The translations under genes and the position numbers were made by a program. Shown one piece after another: positions 32,240-45,570 of a stretch of DNA of 64,000 nt. A model generated the notes under the pieces. That model was not told the DNA's origin. It ran no database searches and saw only the letters and a program-made list of their open reading frames with translations. Every line of letters starts with the position of its first letter. Positions within the stretch are counted from its first letter, which is position 1. Source of the stretch: the human T2T-CHM13v2.0 reference genome, Homo sapiens; assembly GCF_009914755.1 (NCBI RefSeq), contig NC_060928.1; one strand, written 5' to 3'.

Positions 32240-33591
32240 GCTGTCAAATTGTTCATAAATTAATGGTACATATTGTAAAGTAGTAACAAAATATGGAAGT
32301 AAGTTTTGGATTATTCCAACAACAACAGCAAAAAGAAAGTATGAGAGAAGCAACTGGGAATAAAATGAAGTTTTTATGTTAAAATGAGGGAATGAGTAAT
32401 TATTGTTTTTTGATTTATAATGTTAGAAAAGTATATGTTCACATTTTAAAAAGTGTATAGATAACTATTAATAGAGTTAAAAACAAAATATAGAACATTT
32501 GAGTCTTTAGAGAAAAAGCATGAGCTAAGAAACCATGCTCAATACATGAAGATAAAAACAAAAACAGAAATATAAGAAAATATAAAATAAGATTACAAAT
32601 AAACAAAGTTGTCAGTTTTTATTACAAATATGATTGAGTTCAAAGTCTTATTAAAATAAGAGACTCAGTTTAAAGAAATAAATTATAAAATAGTTCAATG
32701 ACATTCTGCTTATGATACACAAAATAAAATATTAAACTAAGAAGAAGGCTAAAATAAACATTGCAAATATTATCCAGGCATTGAAAGCACAAAAAATCAA
32801 GAACAACAATATTAATAACAGATGATATAAAAATTCAAGACAAAAAGGCTTAAAATAACAAAAAGAATGGCTTATATTTGCAATGTCCAACTTATAGTTA
32901 AAATATAGAGATAACGAACATTCATGCTCTAAATAACATAATTTCAAAATCTGCAAAGCAAAAATTGTTAGAAATATGGAATAGTAAAAGAGGATATGTT
33001 ACAAGCAAAGAAAGATTTTTAATCTGATCATTTTTATGTCAAGTAGACAAAATACATATGTAAATAATTTAAATAAACCTGCAAATAAATTTCATATCAA
33101 AATGATTCTTCCTCAAGATTCTCCTCAGCTACTGATTATCAACTTTTTTTTCCCCCACACTGTCTCCTGCTTATCCTCTGAATCTCATTTTCTTGATGTG
33201 TAGACACCCTAACATAATAGAGAATTATATCCAGCCTTCTGTATTTGTCCAGTACTTCCACATCCAGCACCTAAGACTATCTTTAAATATGAGAAAGGCC
33301 AGTGAACAGAAGAGCCACTGGTAATTAATATTTTCATCATCTTAAAAAGTGGAAGAGGTTAGGTGTGATAGAAAAAATATAAAAAGCAAATGTATTTTTC
33401 AGTTACAAAGATGTTTTGTATTAATTTATAGTGGGACAAAGTATAGTGTAAATCAAATGGTATTAAGCATGAAGTAATTCTGTTCTGTAAAACTTTCAGA
33501 TGCTTTTCTGGGTGATGTGTGGAGAATATAAATAGTATTTACTATAGCAAAAGGAATATTATTGTATTCTTTTTTCAGTCCAATATTTTAC

Positions 33592-33757
33592 GTATTTTAA
33601 GCTTCCTTTCCCATTGGGGATGGAATATCTTTTTCAAAAAATAAATAATGTAACACCCATTTCCCATAATCTTTGACTGTTGGATGTTGAACCAATGTAG
33701 AAATATCAACAACAGTCAGACACAGAGGATTCAAGTTAAATTGTCTGATTAATGAAC
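33592..33757 (-). pseudogene. Pseudo-exon (CSLIRQFNLNPLCLTVVDISTLVQHPTVKDYGKWVLHYLFFEKDIPSPMGKEA*N)
   Basis: Acceptor gctcttgttctag and donor TAC|gtaaaa; 166 nt, phase 1-2; one TAA at 33597-33599. Confidence 0.75.
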
Positions 33758-33962
33758 CTAGAACAAGAGCATATTGGACAGTACCAGGAGTGTTGTAAGA
33801 CAAGCAAAGAGCCAGATCAGTTTAGAACAGTCTAAAGTTACCCCTAGATCCTAAGTGAGGAGAGGCTGTAATCAGATATCAGAATTGTATCTTGTATATT
33901 CCCTATAGTTACTATGTTACTTTGTATATAATCATGGGTAGTAACATATTTAATTCTTGCCG

Positions 33963-34276
33963 TTTTTTGTTTTGTTTCATTTTGTTTTGTTTTTGAGAAA
34001 CAGTCTGGCTCTGTTGCCCAGGCTTGAGTGCAGTGGTGTGATCTTGGCTGACTGCAACCTCCATCTCCTGGGCTCAAGCCCTCTTCCCACCTCAGCCTCC
34101 CTAGTAGGTGAAACTACAGGCACATGCCACCATACCCAGCTAATTTTTGTATTTTTTGTAGAGGCATGGTTTTGTCATGTTGCCCAGGCTGGTCTCGAAC
34201 TCCCGAGCTCAAGCAATCTGCCCGCCTTGGCCTCCCAAAGTGCTGGAATTACAGACATGAGCCACTGCACCCGGCC
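33963..34276 (-). mobile_element. AluJ element
   Basis: AluJ diagnostics (ctcaagc, gttgcccaggctggtctcgaac); TSD tttaattctt. Confidence 0.93.
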
Positions 34277-34885
34277 TTTAATTCTTAGTTAAAGTGTAGT
34301 GAAGTGAGGATTAAAATATTTGTTTTTAAGTAGGGAGATGAACCAAGAGGACCTTCCCTGATTAATAGGGCAGAAATTCTACTGCCAAGAATAAAGAAAA
34401 ACTAGGTTAACAGCATTCTTTAAAAGACAGTCTAAATGAAGCTTTTTTTCCTAAAGGTTTTCATTTTTTGCCTCATTTCATAAACACAGCAAAGAAGGAA
34501 GTTCCAAGATCAATTATTTCACATTCAAGAACTGATTAGATAGTAATGTTTGTGGAGGAAAATAGTCTCTTCTGGTATGTAGAATCTGGTTGCTTGTTGG
34601 GTCTGGCAATTAACTGAATGATGTGAACATCATTCTTTTAGGCTATAAAACCTCAATCCATTCATTCTCCCTGACACTAGTGCTGCCACATTGAGAATAT
34701 TCTAGAAAGATGTATTCTCTAAGGCTCTGATTAGAAACTTAAAGCAAAGAAATCACAACAAAGTTTTAAAGTCTGAGTTTAATATTTCTCACTGTAGAAA
34801 GAGAATTGATTTTAGAGTAATTTTAGGAAATGCTAAAGCAAATGGTTTGTTTATCATATACCGGGATAGAAATAGGGTATCTTAC

Positions 34886-35021
34886 ATAGTTTAAAGTCAT
34901 CTTCTTGCAGAATTTCAAGTTATAGCATTTAAGAGCTGTAACCTTCTTCACTTGGAAAAGGTTGGTAATTATTCCCATATAAAGAAAAGCATGGGATTTG
35001 GAAGAAAAATCGTTCTTCATT
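34886..35021 (-). pseudogene. Pseudo-exon (NEERFFFQIPCFSLYGNNYQPFPSEEGYSS*ML*LEILQEDDFKL)
   Basis: Acceptor aatttttttcag and donor TAT|gtaaga; 136 nt, phase 0-1, matching both neighbours; two TAA. Confidence 0.8.
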
Positions 35022-35349
35022 CTGAAAAAAATTTGATTTTTGCTTGATAGGAAAAATCTATATTATCCTATACAGATATCATATTGTATACATGTGGTAT
35101 ACTTATATTACATGATAGTAAAGAAATGACAGAAAAGGTCTGCCTGTATTGGATATACATTTCAACTTAGTTTTATATAAAATATTTGGTTCTGTAAGAG
35201 AATATGAAATTGAATTTATCAATACAATAATTTATAATCTAAAATATTTTATTCCAATTTCTCTCTACAAATATATGTTTATATTGTAGAGTCAACTGAA
35301 AAAATAATAAGTGAATTTGTAATTAATAAGGTGCATTTTCAAGGACACA

Positions 35350-35629
35350 TTTATTTATTTGTTTATTTATTTTGAGACAGAGTCTTACTCTGTCACCCAG
35401 GCTGGAGCACAGTGGCATGATGTTGGCTCACTGTTACCTCCCAGGTTCAAGCGACTGTCCTGTTTCAGCCACCGAGTGGCTGGGATTACAGGCATGAACC
35501 ACCACACTTGGCTAATGTTTGTATTTTTAGTGGAGATGGGGTTTCACCATGTTGATCAGGCTGGTCTCAAACTCCTGACCTCAGATGATCTGAGTGCTGG
35601 GATTACAGGCGTGATCCACTGCACCCAGC
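35350..35629 (-). mobile_element. AluS element with internal deletions
   Basis: Alu dimer; TSD acacatttatt. Confidence 0.9.
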
Positions 35630-37193
35630 TTACACATTTATTCTTGAGGATATGAGTTTCACTATGTATATATGGTGAAAAGTAATTGTCACTATTTCTG
35701 TTTCTGGTTGTTATATTTACATTCTCTAATTACTCTCTTCCAACTCCACCATTAAATAAAAGAAAGCTTTGCATGTATAGATTTCTTGTAACTTTTTCAA
35801 AATTACTAGTTATTTCTAGCATTAATTCCTTTATTAGATTAAAACCATCTCATATATAGCCATCCAACCTATGCTTCCTTCACAATTTAAAAAGTAGCAT
35901 TTACACTGGCAAATCTTTCAACTACCATCTATTAAATTTAATGTGTCCCTCAATGACTGTTCAATGGTGTAACCATTTTCTAACATGTACTTTACTAGCA
36001 TGCCATAATGTATAATCCCAGGGGACTAAGAGGAATTTATGGTAAAATGGCATGAAATTAACTTGATAAGGCTTTCCATTCATCTTCAATATATATATTT
36101 TTTCTATTTAAACACTGGTAACCTTGTTTCAAAAGTGTGGAATAAGAGAAGTGTTTTTTCACTCTGGTTAAATAATGTCCTCATATTGTAGGTTCTTCTA
36201 TGAAACTGTATAACTCTGTTTGACTCTGTTTAATGTCCTCAGGAAATGTTGAAGGAAAAATACTTCCCTTGTATTATTGACCACAACTTACATATTTCAA
36301 GTTGACTGTTACACAGGACTTTAAGGAATGGATTGTGTTGTTTTTTTTGTTGTTGTTTTTTCTCTTTTAGAGAAGACTATTGAGATTAGAGAGAAATATC
36401 TTTAACAATTTTTTAAACTGATTTTAAACTGTTCCAGTATTTTAATTCTAATTCTTTTAAGAAAATAATAGAGGACTAATTTCATTCTCAAGGTAAACAC
36501 CTGTATACATGTAAAGCTGTTAATATGGCATATATAACTTTAAATACAGGATAATTTTTCTTTCAATAATGCACACTCTTTTCTTCTATTTCTTTAATCA
36601 TTTTAAACAAAAAGACAACTAGAGTTCAGAATGAGGGTTTAATTTAATGAGAGGAAATAGAATATTATCAGTGGTGAGGTAACTTGTAGACCCATTTCAT
36701 AATGCTACATAATAAAAATAAAACTTATGAATATATTATTTAATTTTGCAAAATATTTATTGCTTACATGCTTCTTTATTTACATTTCTTCCTTAACTCT
36801 GCAGTAAGGCCAACAAACAACGATTAACAACAGTGACAAAAATAATGCAATCTGAGAGGGAACTGAAAAACAGAAGGACACAGACATTTTAGTACTATAA
36901 TTGAACAAATTTGGGAAGGCAAAGAGAATTTTAAAAATTCAGCCAAAATATAATCTTATTCAGTAGTTTATTCACAGTGGATTGTCATTTGGGGAGCATA
37001 CACATTAGGTCCTTCTTCCCCTTTTCATATATATGGGCCAAATTTAAGATTTTACCTAAAATTGTCAGCGGATTTTGTGTTAACTTCAAGGTATTAATAT
37101 AATTATTTTTAAAATATGTTCATGCCTTAGGAAATTAAATGTTTCACTTTAAATTTACATATTTTGTAAAGAGCCTTACTATGTATTTTTAGT

Positions 37194-37287
37194 ATTGTGT
37201 TTTCTTTGATCATTACTTGGCCTTTAAACTTTAAAGTTAGTTTAGTTTTAAGTTTAAAGGCCAGGTAATGATCAAAGAAAACACAAT
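37194..37287. repeat. Palindrome with 38-bp arms (1 mismatch) and 18-nt spacer
   Basis: 37194-37231 versus reverse complement of 37250-37287. Confidence 0.95.
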
Positions 37288-37302
37288 CTTACCCAAACTT
37301 AC

Positions 37303-37791
37303 ATGGGTAAGATTGCTCAAGATCTTATTTGTTTCAAACATTATGACTTAATAAATGTCCTGAAGTTTGGAACCAGAAGACTTGAATGGACTAAATTCTT
37401 CACTAACCAAATGTAATATTTTACTGCTCCTGTTTCTCCTGTTCCAATTTTAAACTCTGCCAATAGAGATGCTTCTTGACTTATGGTGAGATTGTCCCAA
37501 TAAACACAACATAAGTTGAAAATATTATTGAGTAAAAAATACATTTAATTCATCTAACCTGCCAAACGTCATAGCTCAGCCTAGCCTACCTTAAATGTGC
37601 TCAGTACACTTACATTAGCCTACGTTGGGGAAAGTCATTTAACACAAAGCCTGTTTTATAATAAACTGTTGAATATTTCACATAATTTATTGAATTCTGT
37701 ACAAAGGTGAAAAACAATAGTTTTGCACCATTGTATAGCTGAAACATGGTGAGTCGAAGCATTATAAGTTGGGGATCATCTGCACTTCTGC
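37303..37791 (-). pseudogene. Pseudo-exon split by MER47A (QKYWQSLKLEQEKQEQ*/frameshift/KILHLVSEEFSPFKSSGSKLQDIY*VIMFETNKILSNLTH)
   Basis: Consensus donor CAT|gtaagt at 37302. Removing MER47A (37466-37782 plus one TA) joins 37785-37791 (acceptor ctctctacaatctgtccccgtaag, phase 2) to 37303-37465. Confidence 0.6.
37466..37782 (+). mobile_element. MER47A (Tigger-type DNA transposon), inside a pseudo-exon
   Basis: agatgcttcttgacttatgg...catagctcagcctagcctaccttaaa...taagttggggatcatctg; flanked by TA and CA; opposite orientation to the copy at 24231. Confidence 0.8.
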
Positions 37792-38661
37792 CTTACGGGG
37801 GACAGATTGTAGAGAGTGCTTTTGCCCTTTTTTCCATGTCACATTTACTCTTTCCTATGAAGTGAATAGTGGGCACTTCCTATGGAGAGCAAGTAGAAAA
37901 TAAGTCAATTTTAGGGGTCATGTATGATCCTATCTTTTGGCCTCTAGCAAGTGTACTGGAGGAGTACTGTCCTCTGACCCCGTGCCACATGCTGACCAAA
38001 TGCAGGATCTGTCGACTCCCCAGGGTAGCCCTGCAGTTTTCCAGCTTCTGTGAGTGGGTGTGTTCAATGCATACAGGGAAGGAGTAGGATGCTTGTGTCC
38101 AGCTGCCCTCTCCAGTACAGGTAAACCAGCAATAATACCTTAACCCTCACCAGAAATCTCGAAGAGCATGAAGGTTTTGATCAATTGGACCCTCTGACTC
38201 TCACATTAACAAGTGACTTCATCTTTTGAAGACCAAATTTCTCAACCTAAACTATAAACTTTAATGGACAACTTCACAAGTTATTGTTAAGATTAATTGC
38301 AGTACTAAATCACTGTTCTATTATATTTGAGGAATTATACTCAGTTTTATATTGTTATCTCATTAATCCTTGGTAACAGCCCCCTGGATTAGGAATTATT
38401 GTAACTATTTTAAAAATGAAAGATCCAAATTACTAGACAGTTTAAGTAACTTGAAAAGAATACTAATTAGAAACAAAGTCATATCTGTCTGTTTCAAAAG
38501 CCTGGGTTTTGCTCATATATCAAACAATACATGATAATATGTGAAAAAGTCTCTTGGAATTGTAAAGTTTTATATTAAATAATATTTTCAAATGAACTAG
38601 ATAAATATTTAGTTCAACCTCTCTTTTGAACTCCAAATATCCAATGTTATATAGTTATAAT

Positions 38662-38966
38662 CTTTTTTTTTTTTTTTTTTTTTCGAGATGGGGTCTTGCT
38701 CTGTCATCCTGGCTGGAGTGCAGGCATACAACCTCGGCTCACTGCAACCTCCTCCTCCCAGATTCAAGCAATTCTCCTGTGTCAGCCTAGTGAGTAGCTG
38801 GGATTACAGGCGCGTGCCATCATGCCCGGCTAATTTTTGTATTTTTAGTAGAGATGGGGTTTCACAATGTTGGCCAGTCTGGTCTTGAACTCCTGACCTC
38901 AGGTGATCCGCCAGCCTTGACCTCCCAAAGTTCTGGGATTACAGGTGTGAGCCACTGCATCCGACC
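38662..38966 (-). mobile_element. AluSx element
   Basis: Poly-T plus full dimer. Confidence 0.95.
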
Positions 38967-39089
38967 AATCTGTTTTAATTTATGTAACCACAAACCGTTA
39001 TATATTGAACATCTTTTTAATATAAATCAAAAATATAATTTCATATTTATGTAACCCTGCTAATGGTGTCATGTTCATATTCTTTTTAA

Positions 39090-39378
<289 letters not shown>

Positions 39379-39619
39379 CTGAGCATTTTTCTTATACAAA
39401 ATAATTTAATCATAATTAGAAAAAATTCCATGCCCAATCATTTAATATCTTTGGAAAACATAGAAAAGCACAAAATTTCAAAATTATCCATATTCCCACC
39501 ATCAAAATGACCATTTTAATGTAGTTCCTTTTAGCAGAAAAGTGCATTCTGACAGAGTAATATAAGTCTAATAATAGCATCATAAGGCATATACTCCCTA
39601 TAATTTGCTTTTTTTGTTA

Positions 39620-39858
39620 AAAATTTTTTCCTTTATTTCAATAGCTTTTAGGGTACAAGTGGTTTTTGGTTACGTGGCTGAATTACACAGTGGTGAATTC
39701 TGAGATTTTAGTGCACCCGTCATCTGAGCAGTGTGTGTTGAAACCAACATGTAGTTTTTTACCCCACAACCGCCTTCCACCTTCCCCATTCTGAGTCTCC
39801 AAGGTCCATTATATCACTCTGCATGCCCTTGTGTATGCATAGCTTAGCTCCCACTTAT
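39620..39858 (-). mobile_element. L1PB/L1MA 3' end
   Basis: ggtacaagtggtttttggttac...gcttagctcccactta; TSD tataatttgcttttt. Confidence 0.85.
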
Positions 39859-40612
39859 TATAATTTGCTTTTTCAGAAAATAATATGTTAAATTTTCCTC
39901 ATCTCAATAGATACTGTTATATTATTCTAATTTTTTAGTAATATTATAACTACACATTATAACATTCTCTAATGCAGGTATTTAGGTTGTTTTAGAATTG
40001 CAAACAATATAAAGATATATATTTTATAGAGTATATAGATTTTTGCCCACTTTACTGATATTTCTGTTGGATTAATTTGTAGAAAAATATTTTCTAGGTT
40101 AAAAGGTATGAATACTTGAAAGTTTTTAAGAAATATATCTCTTGCCAAGTTGTTTGATGAAACTGTTGAGACAATTTCTTCTTCCACCCCTTGCTCCTTG
40201 ACAGTGTATAAAGGTGCCAATAGTTTGATAGATTAAAGAACTTTATCTGATTTAATTCATTTATTTATTAAATTTTTAAATTTTATTATTATGTATGTTT
40301 ACTGACTAGTTTTTATTTTTTATGAATTACATATTAACCATCTTTTCCCATTAGCATATTCATCAATTTATATTGATTTGTGAAATATAGTAAGGTTTAT
40401 GTGACTAATATTTTTAGTTTGCTCTTTACTTTTTATTTGCAGTCATTTTGGAGGTACAAATGTTTTAAGTTTTAATGTTGTTAAATTTATAATGTTTCCC
40501 TTCAATGGTCTCTGACCTTACTGTTTTGTCTCAAAAGTCCTATTCCACTCCATAATTATATAAATATTCACCTACAGTTTCTTTCAGTTGTTTGCTTGCT
40601 TCATTTCTTCAT

Positions 40613-40961
40613 GACCTTAGTCCACTTTTGTTGCTATAACAGCATAACTGAAGCTGGGTAATTTATAATGAATGGAAATTTATTTGCTCACAGTTCTGGA
40701 GGCTGGGAATTCCAGGATTGGGGAACTGGCATCTGGTGAGGGCCTTGTTGCTGCATCATTCTATAGTGGAAGGTGGAAGGGCAAGAGAGGACATGAGAGT
40801 GAACTTGCAGCCTTAAGTCCTTTTTATAATTGACATTAATCCATTTAGGAAGGCAGAGCCCTTATGACATGAATGCCACTCCTTAGACCCCAACTCCCAA
40901 CATTGCTGTGTTGGGGATTAAGTTAAACGTGCTATTTGGGGAACATATTCAAACCATAGCA
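40613..40961 (-). mobile_element. MST-type MaLR solo LTR
   Basis: gctcacagttctggaggctgggaattccagg...attcaaaccatagca. Confidence 0.85.
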
Positions 40962-40994
40962 TTCATTAAGCTTTTTATTTTACACATGTTTTAC

Positions 40995-41174
40995 TGGAAA
41001 TAACACATTGATCTATTCATAAATCTCTGTTTTATAGATTCTGAATCAGCCACATCTTTCAATTCGATCTCATGGTGACTAGTTTGGTAAAGACAAGCTT
41101 CATGTTGTTTATAGTCTCCCCAAATTTCCAGGAATGTTAGCACATTAATGGAAAAGATAGTCTTATCCACCTCC
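40995..41174 (-). pseudogene. Pseudo-exon (EVDKTIFSINVLTFLEIWGDYKQHEACLYQTSHHEIELKDVADSESIKQRFMNRSMCYF)
   Basis: Acceptor atattctttttag and donor CCA|gtaaaa; 180 nt, phase 2-2; fully open (within ORF 40991..41209). Confidence 0.8.
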
Positions 41175-41344
41175 CTAAAAAGAATATTAGCTGAGTTATA
41201 GAAATACAATTAATAATGAGATATATAACAGTTATTAGTTTACTATGTTTCATTATTAATACTACTTATGTTTCATCATTAATACTACATATATCATGAA
41301 GTCCTTATTCTCCTGGTGTCTGCTTATCTTTATAAAACTCATAC

Positions 41345-41600
41345 TCAGTATCATTGGAGCATAGATGAGATGGGAATTGGGTGAGCTCTGATGCAAGAGA
41401 AGCCACAACTTCTGTGCCATCGCTCCCCTCAAGGTCATGTTTCTTTGAATTCTTTGACATTTATTGACTTCCTCCATTACACAACGCACATTTCAAAAAA
41501 TATTGCTTAAGTTTTTTATGGTAACTATTATTTTTCTTCTGCTAGCATCCTGGGTCCTTCTTTTCAACTTTTTGTCTTGATAGAATGGATTTACAATTAT
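41345..41600 (-). pseudogene. Pseudo-exon (DNCKSILSRQKVEKKDPGC*...VVASLASELTQFPSHLCSNDTE)
   Basis: Acceptor ttgttctttag and donor TGA|gtatga; 256 nt, phase 1-2; two stops. Confidence 0.7.
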
Positions 41601-42247
41601 CTAAAGAACAATTCATAACCTGGTTGCATCTTTTGAGAACTTATCAGCTGTGGTCCATTTAGAAAACAGAAATGACATTACATATTTAAAAAGAGAAAAT
41701 TTAATATGAAGAATTGTTAATGAAGGATACAATTGTTACTTAAGTAATTGAAAGAGTAAAAAGAGAACTATAAGCTCTTGTGGAGGGAACAACGGCAAGA
41801 AATAGCTACCACCCTTGGGGAAGAGATAGAAATTATTAAAACTTAGAAGCTTAAATGAGAGCTCCCAGGGCCTGGGAACCAGACCTTGAAAACAGGAGCA
41901 CGAGCCAGCTGGAGCTAGTGCATCCAAAGAACATGATGAAGCTGGTTCTGCAAGTGTTGGAAAAAGTGAAACCAGGATTTAGTATTTTCTATGAGAATGA
42001 ACTGCCCTTGTTTGGGTAAAAAAAAAAAAAAAATGTATTGGTAGGTTGACAAAGTGAGGAAGTCAGGAAGACCACAGGAAACAAATAGGAAGGAGCAAGT
42101 CCCTCCTCCCTCTTCCAGGCTCTCAATTTCCTTCAGTACCTCCTGTTGATAGAGTCTAACATTGATCTACCTGGCAAAGCAGAAATGTAGGTTGAAGTCT
42201 GAGATTCAATATCAGAATGCAGAGAAGAAAAAGGTAGATTTGGAGCA

Positions 42248-42601
42248 TGTTTTACTCCATTGGCTGTTATAGCAAAATATAAAATTATAAATGGGTAATT
42301 TATAAACAACAGAAATTTATTGCTCATCGTTCTGGAGGCTGGTAAGTCCAAAATCAAGATGCCTGCAAATTGTCTGATGAGGGCCTGCTGCTTATAAATG
42401 GTGCCTTCTATATATCTTCTCATGGCAGAAGAAGCAAACAGGCTTCTTCAAGCATCTTTTATAAGGACACTAGTCCCATTCACAAGGGCTCGACCCTCAT
42501 GACCTACTTACCTTCTAAAGCCTCACTCTTAATATCAGTACATTAGGGATTAAGTTTCAACACATGAATTTTGGAGGGAAAAAAACTTTCAGACCATAGC
42601 A
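42248..42601 (-). mobile_element. MST/MLT1A-type MaLR solo LTR
   Basis: aaacaacagaaatttattgctcatcgttctggaggctgg...ttcagaccatagca. Confidence 0.85.
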
Positions 42602-43548
42602 GAGCCCTAAGGCAATAGCTTAATAATTGGCGTAGGGAAACCTTCCCTGTACTACTTACTAATTTTTCTTCATTCACTTTTTTATACTTTTAGAATCCTT
42701 AACACGGACCTCTCACACTCCCATCCATACCAACATATCATGCCCATCTCCTGCTTTGCAGAATTCCTGACTACAATGCTATTTGTGACTTCTAGTTCCT
42801 TTGTGATATTTTTTGTTAAAATGTTTCATAACCACATGTATTACTATATAGGAAAGTGACTTTAATCTCCAGTATGGGAATAAAATTGGGCTAACTTAGG
42901 GTTGACTTATTTCTGAAGTTCTTAGATGATTGGTGATATTGTAGAATAGAGTATTGAGTAACGTGATAGGGCAGCAGGCAAACAAATCTATCAAGAATTT
43001 CCTGGTGTTAATTATCTGGACAAAATATGTGCTTCTGTGTGAATAAAAATGTGGATCATGCCAAGTATGTATGTAATTTTCTCACTGTGTCAGGGCGTCA
43101 ATTTGTTCTATCTATGGAGTTCTAGCTAGAGAAAAAGTAAGTTACAGAGCAAGTGGTTTCGATAGAGGAATATGATATGTAGGTAAGAGTAGACAGTGTC
43201 TCATGGAAAAAAATTCCAAGCCTCATACAAAGTAAATAACCAAAGTCATTAGCAGCTGAACTCATAAACTGTAATAAAATGGTAAAATATAACAAAGCTG
43301 TCACATTATCAGATCAATTTACCCAATAACTTTTCTAATCCTTTTCGCATACATTATTCTAGCAAAATACCCAGATGCAATGATTACAGGAAATTTTCAA
43401 GTCTACTGGCAAAAGCTCAGAAGACTTTGGCCCACTGAAAACCTTACTGTATTAGCAAAAGCTGTGTAAATGGGCCATTCTGTACTTATAAGGAAACACC
43501 TACTGGCTTCAGTTCAGTTTTTAAGTGACTCTAAGGGAAATTTCTTAC

Positions 43549-43644
43549 CGGTTTTTATTGACTATGAATTGCTCTTCCTGTTTAACCAGAACACGTGATT
43601 TGTAAAATACAATGCTTAAGGATATATAGCTAACCATTTCTCAA
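43549..43644 (-). pseudogene. Pseudo-exon (VEKWLAIYP*ALYFTNHVFWLNRKSNS*SIKT)
   Basis: Acceptor cccccattttgtag and donor CCG|gtaaga; 96 nt, phase 1-1. Confidence 0.65.
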
Positions 43645-44783
43645 CTACAAAATGGGGGCCGATACCTTTACTAAACATGAAGATAAAATCTGACACTTTT
43701 TCAATTAAGAGACTATTTCATTTTTATTAAAAAAGGGAATATATGCAGGTTATATCACATAAAAATATTTTGTTGCTCAGAAAATAAATACCACATCATT
43801 TAATATTTTAAAATTATTTGAAATAATAGCATTCAGCTATTGGTTAATTGGCACATAATTAATTGATGCCTTAAGATTCTGTAACTAAATCAGGTCTAGA
43901 TGCTCACTTGCTCAGTTTTGATACACAGTTAAATATAGGAAAATAGAAAGAAAACTGTACGTTTTATAAAAACTATATAAAGCAAAAGTTATGAAAGTAT
44001 TATTTTACCTGCTATTGCTGTTATATAGCTCTTTAAAAATTTAAACTCCTTTATAGGAAACATTTTTTTTTAGCTTCGAGGAGGAATCTGAGAAAGGTGT
44101 TTAAAATATGCATTTATTTTTATATAATCCTAATCGTCAATAGGATTAAATGACTACTGAGAACATAGCACTAAAGTGAATCAGCGTAGTTCACTAATTT
44201 GGATATAAATTTGAGATAGCTATGTATATTAATACAGAGACTTTGGGATATATCAGAGTATAAGCTAAGAACTTGAAAAACAGAAGAAATTTAATGTAGG
44301 AAATTGGTTACAGATGTGATAAAAGAATTAAGATGCCATCAGGCTGGCAAGGCAACCCAGAATTTAACTGCAGGAAGCCACCAATCCTATACTGAAGAAC
44401 AAAGAATAGAAGTAGTTTTCCCGAATACCAGAACACAGGATCAACCGAGAGATGAAATTATAATGGGTCTAGCAGGAGGAATCGGGAGAGAGAGTAACAA
44501 AGTATTGAAAATGCCACCTGGGGCCCAGAGGCGGGAGTATGCTGGCTGCCTCTCCTTTCTTCCACTCTCCAATGTCCCACCAGTGCCTTCCTGTGTGAGA
44601 AACAGCCAGAAGCCAAGATACATGAAAATCTGGAAAGTGCAGCTGCACAGGACTCAGTATCTCACACCCCTACAGCCTCCTCTTCCCAGGATACAAAGGT
44701 GAGCAAAGAAAATGGTAGAGAGGTTGACAGTGAAAACACATCCAGGAAAAAGTCAAGATTATTCAGTAAACTGTGTAACTTAC

Positions 44784-44924
44784 CAGCCAAAGGCAAGTGT
44801 TTAATGTGTCCCCCATATACTACCTCATCTTTAGTAACTGAACAGTCAGAATATGGTAACAAAGTTTCTAGGAAGTTTAACCTTTTCCTTATAGATTACT
44901 TAGATTTTTTTAAAGGAGTAAATA
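44784..44924 (-). pseudogene. Pseudo-exon (FTPLKKSK*SIRKRLNFLETLLPYSDCSVTKDEVVYGGHIKHLPLA)
   Basis: Acceptor ttttttctcaccatacag and donor CTG|gtaagt; 141 nt, phase 1-1; single TAA at 44896-44898 separates ORFs 44896..45084 and 44662..44862, which share a frame. Confidence 0.75.
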
Positions 44925-45570
44925 CTGTATGGTGAGAAAAAAATTGTACTTTCATCTTCTTTAAATTTTTATACCACTCTCTAAACTTTTTAATGCCAAT
45001 GTACTCTATTTCTTTTTGGTTGAAGAGGGAACAACCCCATAAAATGGAAAGACAAGAGAAGGCCATAGACCTGAGGATAGACATATATTTTTGCTACTGT
45101 CCACTACAGAAATCTGGTAGGGTGAGGCAGTTTCCCTGTGATCTGGCTGGTATTACAACCAGAAAGGAGAGCAGGTAGAATCACATCTCATACTTGACAT
45201 AGAAGGCTGCACAACAAAAAAGTTGGAAATCAGACTTAGACATTAGTGCTACAGTTTCACTAAAAAGAAGAGTATGCCTAGAGAGACTGAGTTCTCCTTC
45301 AAAGCCTCCAGCTTCTTTGCAATTCTCCCCAGGCTTCCTGAATTGGGGAAGTGGAATTTTATCAAACAGCCTTCCATCAAAACTTCATATCTGAGAATAG
45401 AGTTTTAATAGCAACCAGGTGGTCAATGAAGGATTCCAAGGGGCTTCTGTCCTGTAGACATTTGGCCTACATAAATCTTTCTCTTTTCTAGGATGAGTCA
45501 ACTGATGAAAAAAAAATCCAATGAACTGAGGTCTATGGACATATCTTCAACATTAGAAATAATATAAAAG

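Noticed and set aside
34823-35020. ORF MKNDFSSKSHAF... as an intact coding exon
   Set aside because: This open frame is phase-incompatible with both neighbouring exons, whereas the stop-containing frame fits both
43241-43435. Extra small minus-strand exon candidates (FMSSAANDF; GPKSSELLPVDL...)
   Set aside because: Weak donors, and the flanking exons already join in phase 1 without them
45194-45259. 66-nt minus-strand exon candidate (ETVALMSKSDFQLFCCAAFYV) with good splice sites
   Set aside because: The open frame is phase 2-2 and does not fit its phase-1 neighbours; left unresolved pending ortholog alignment
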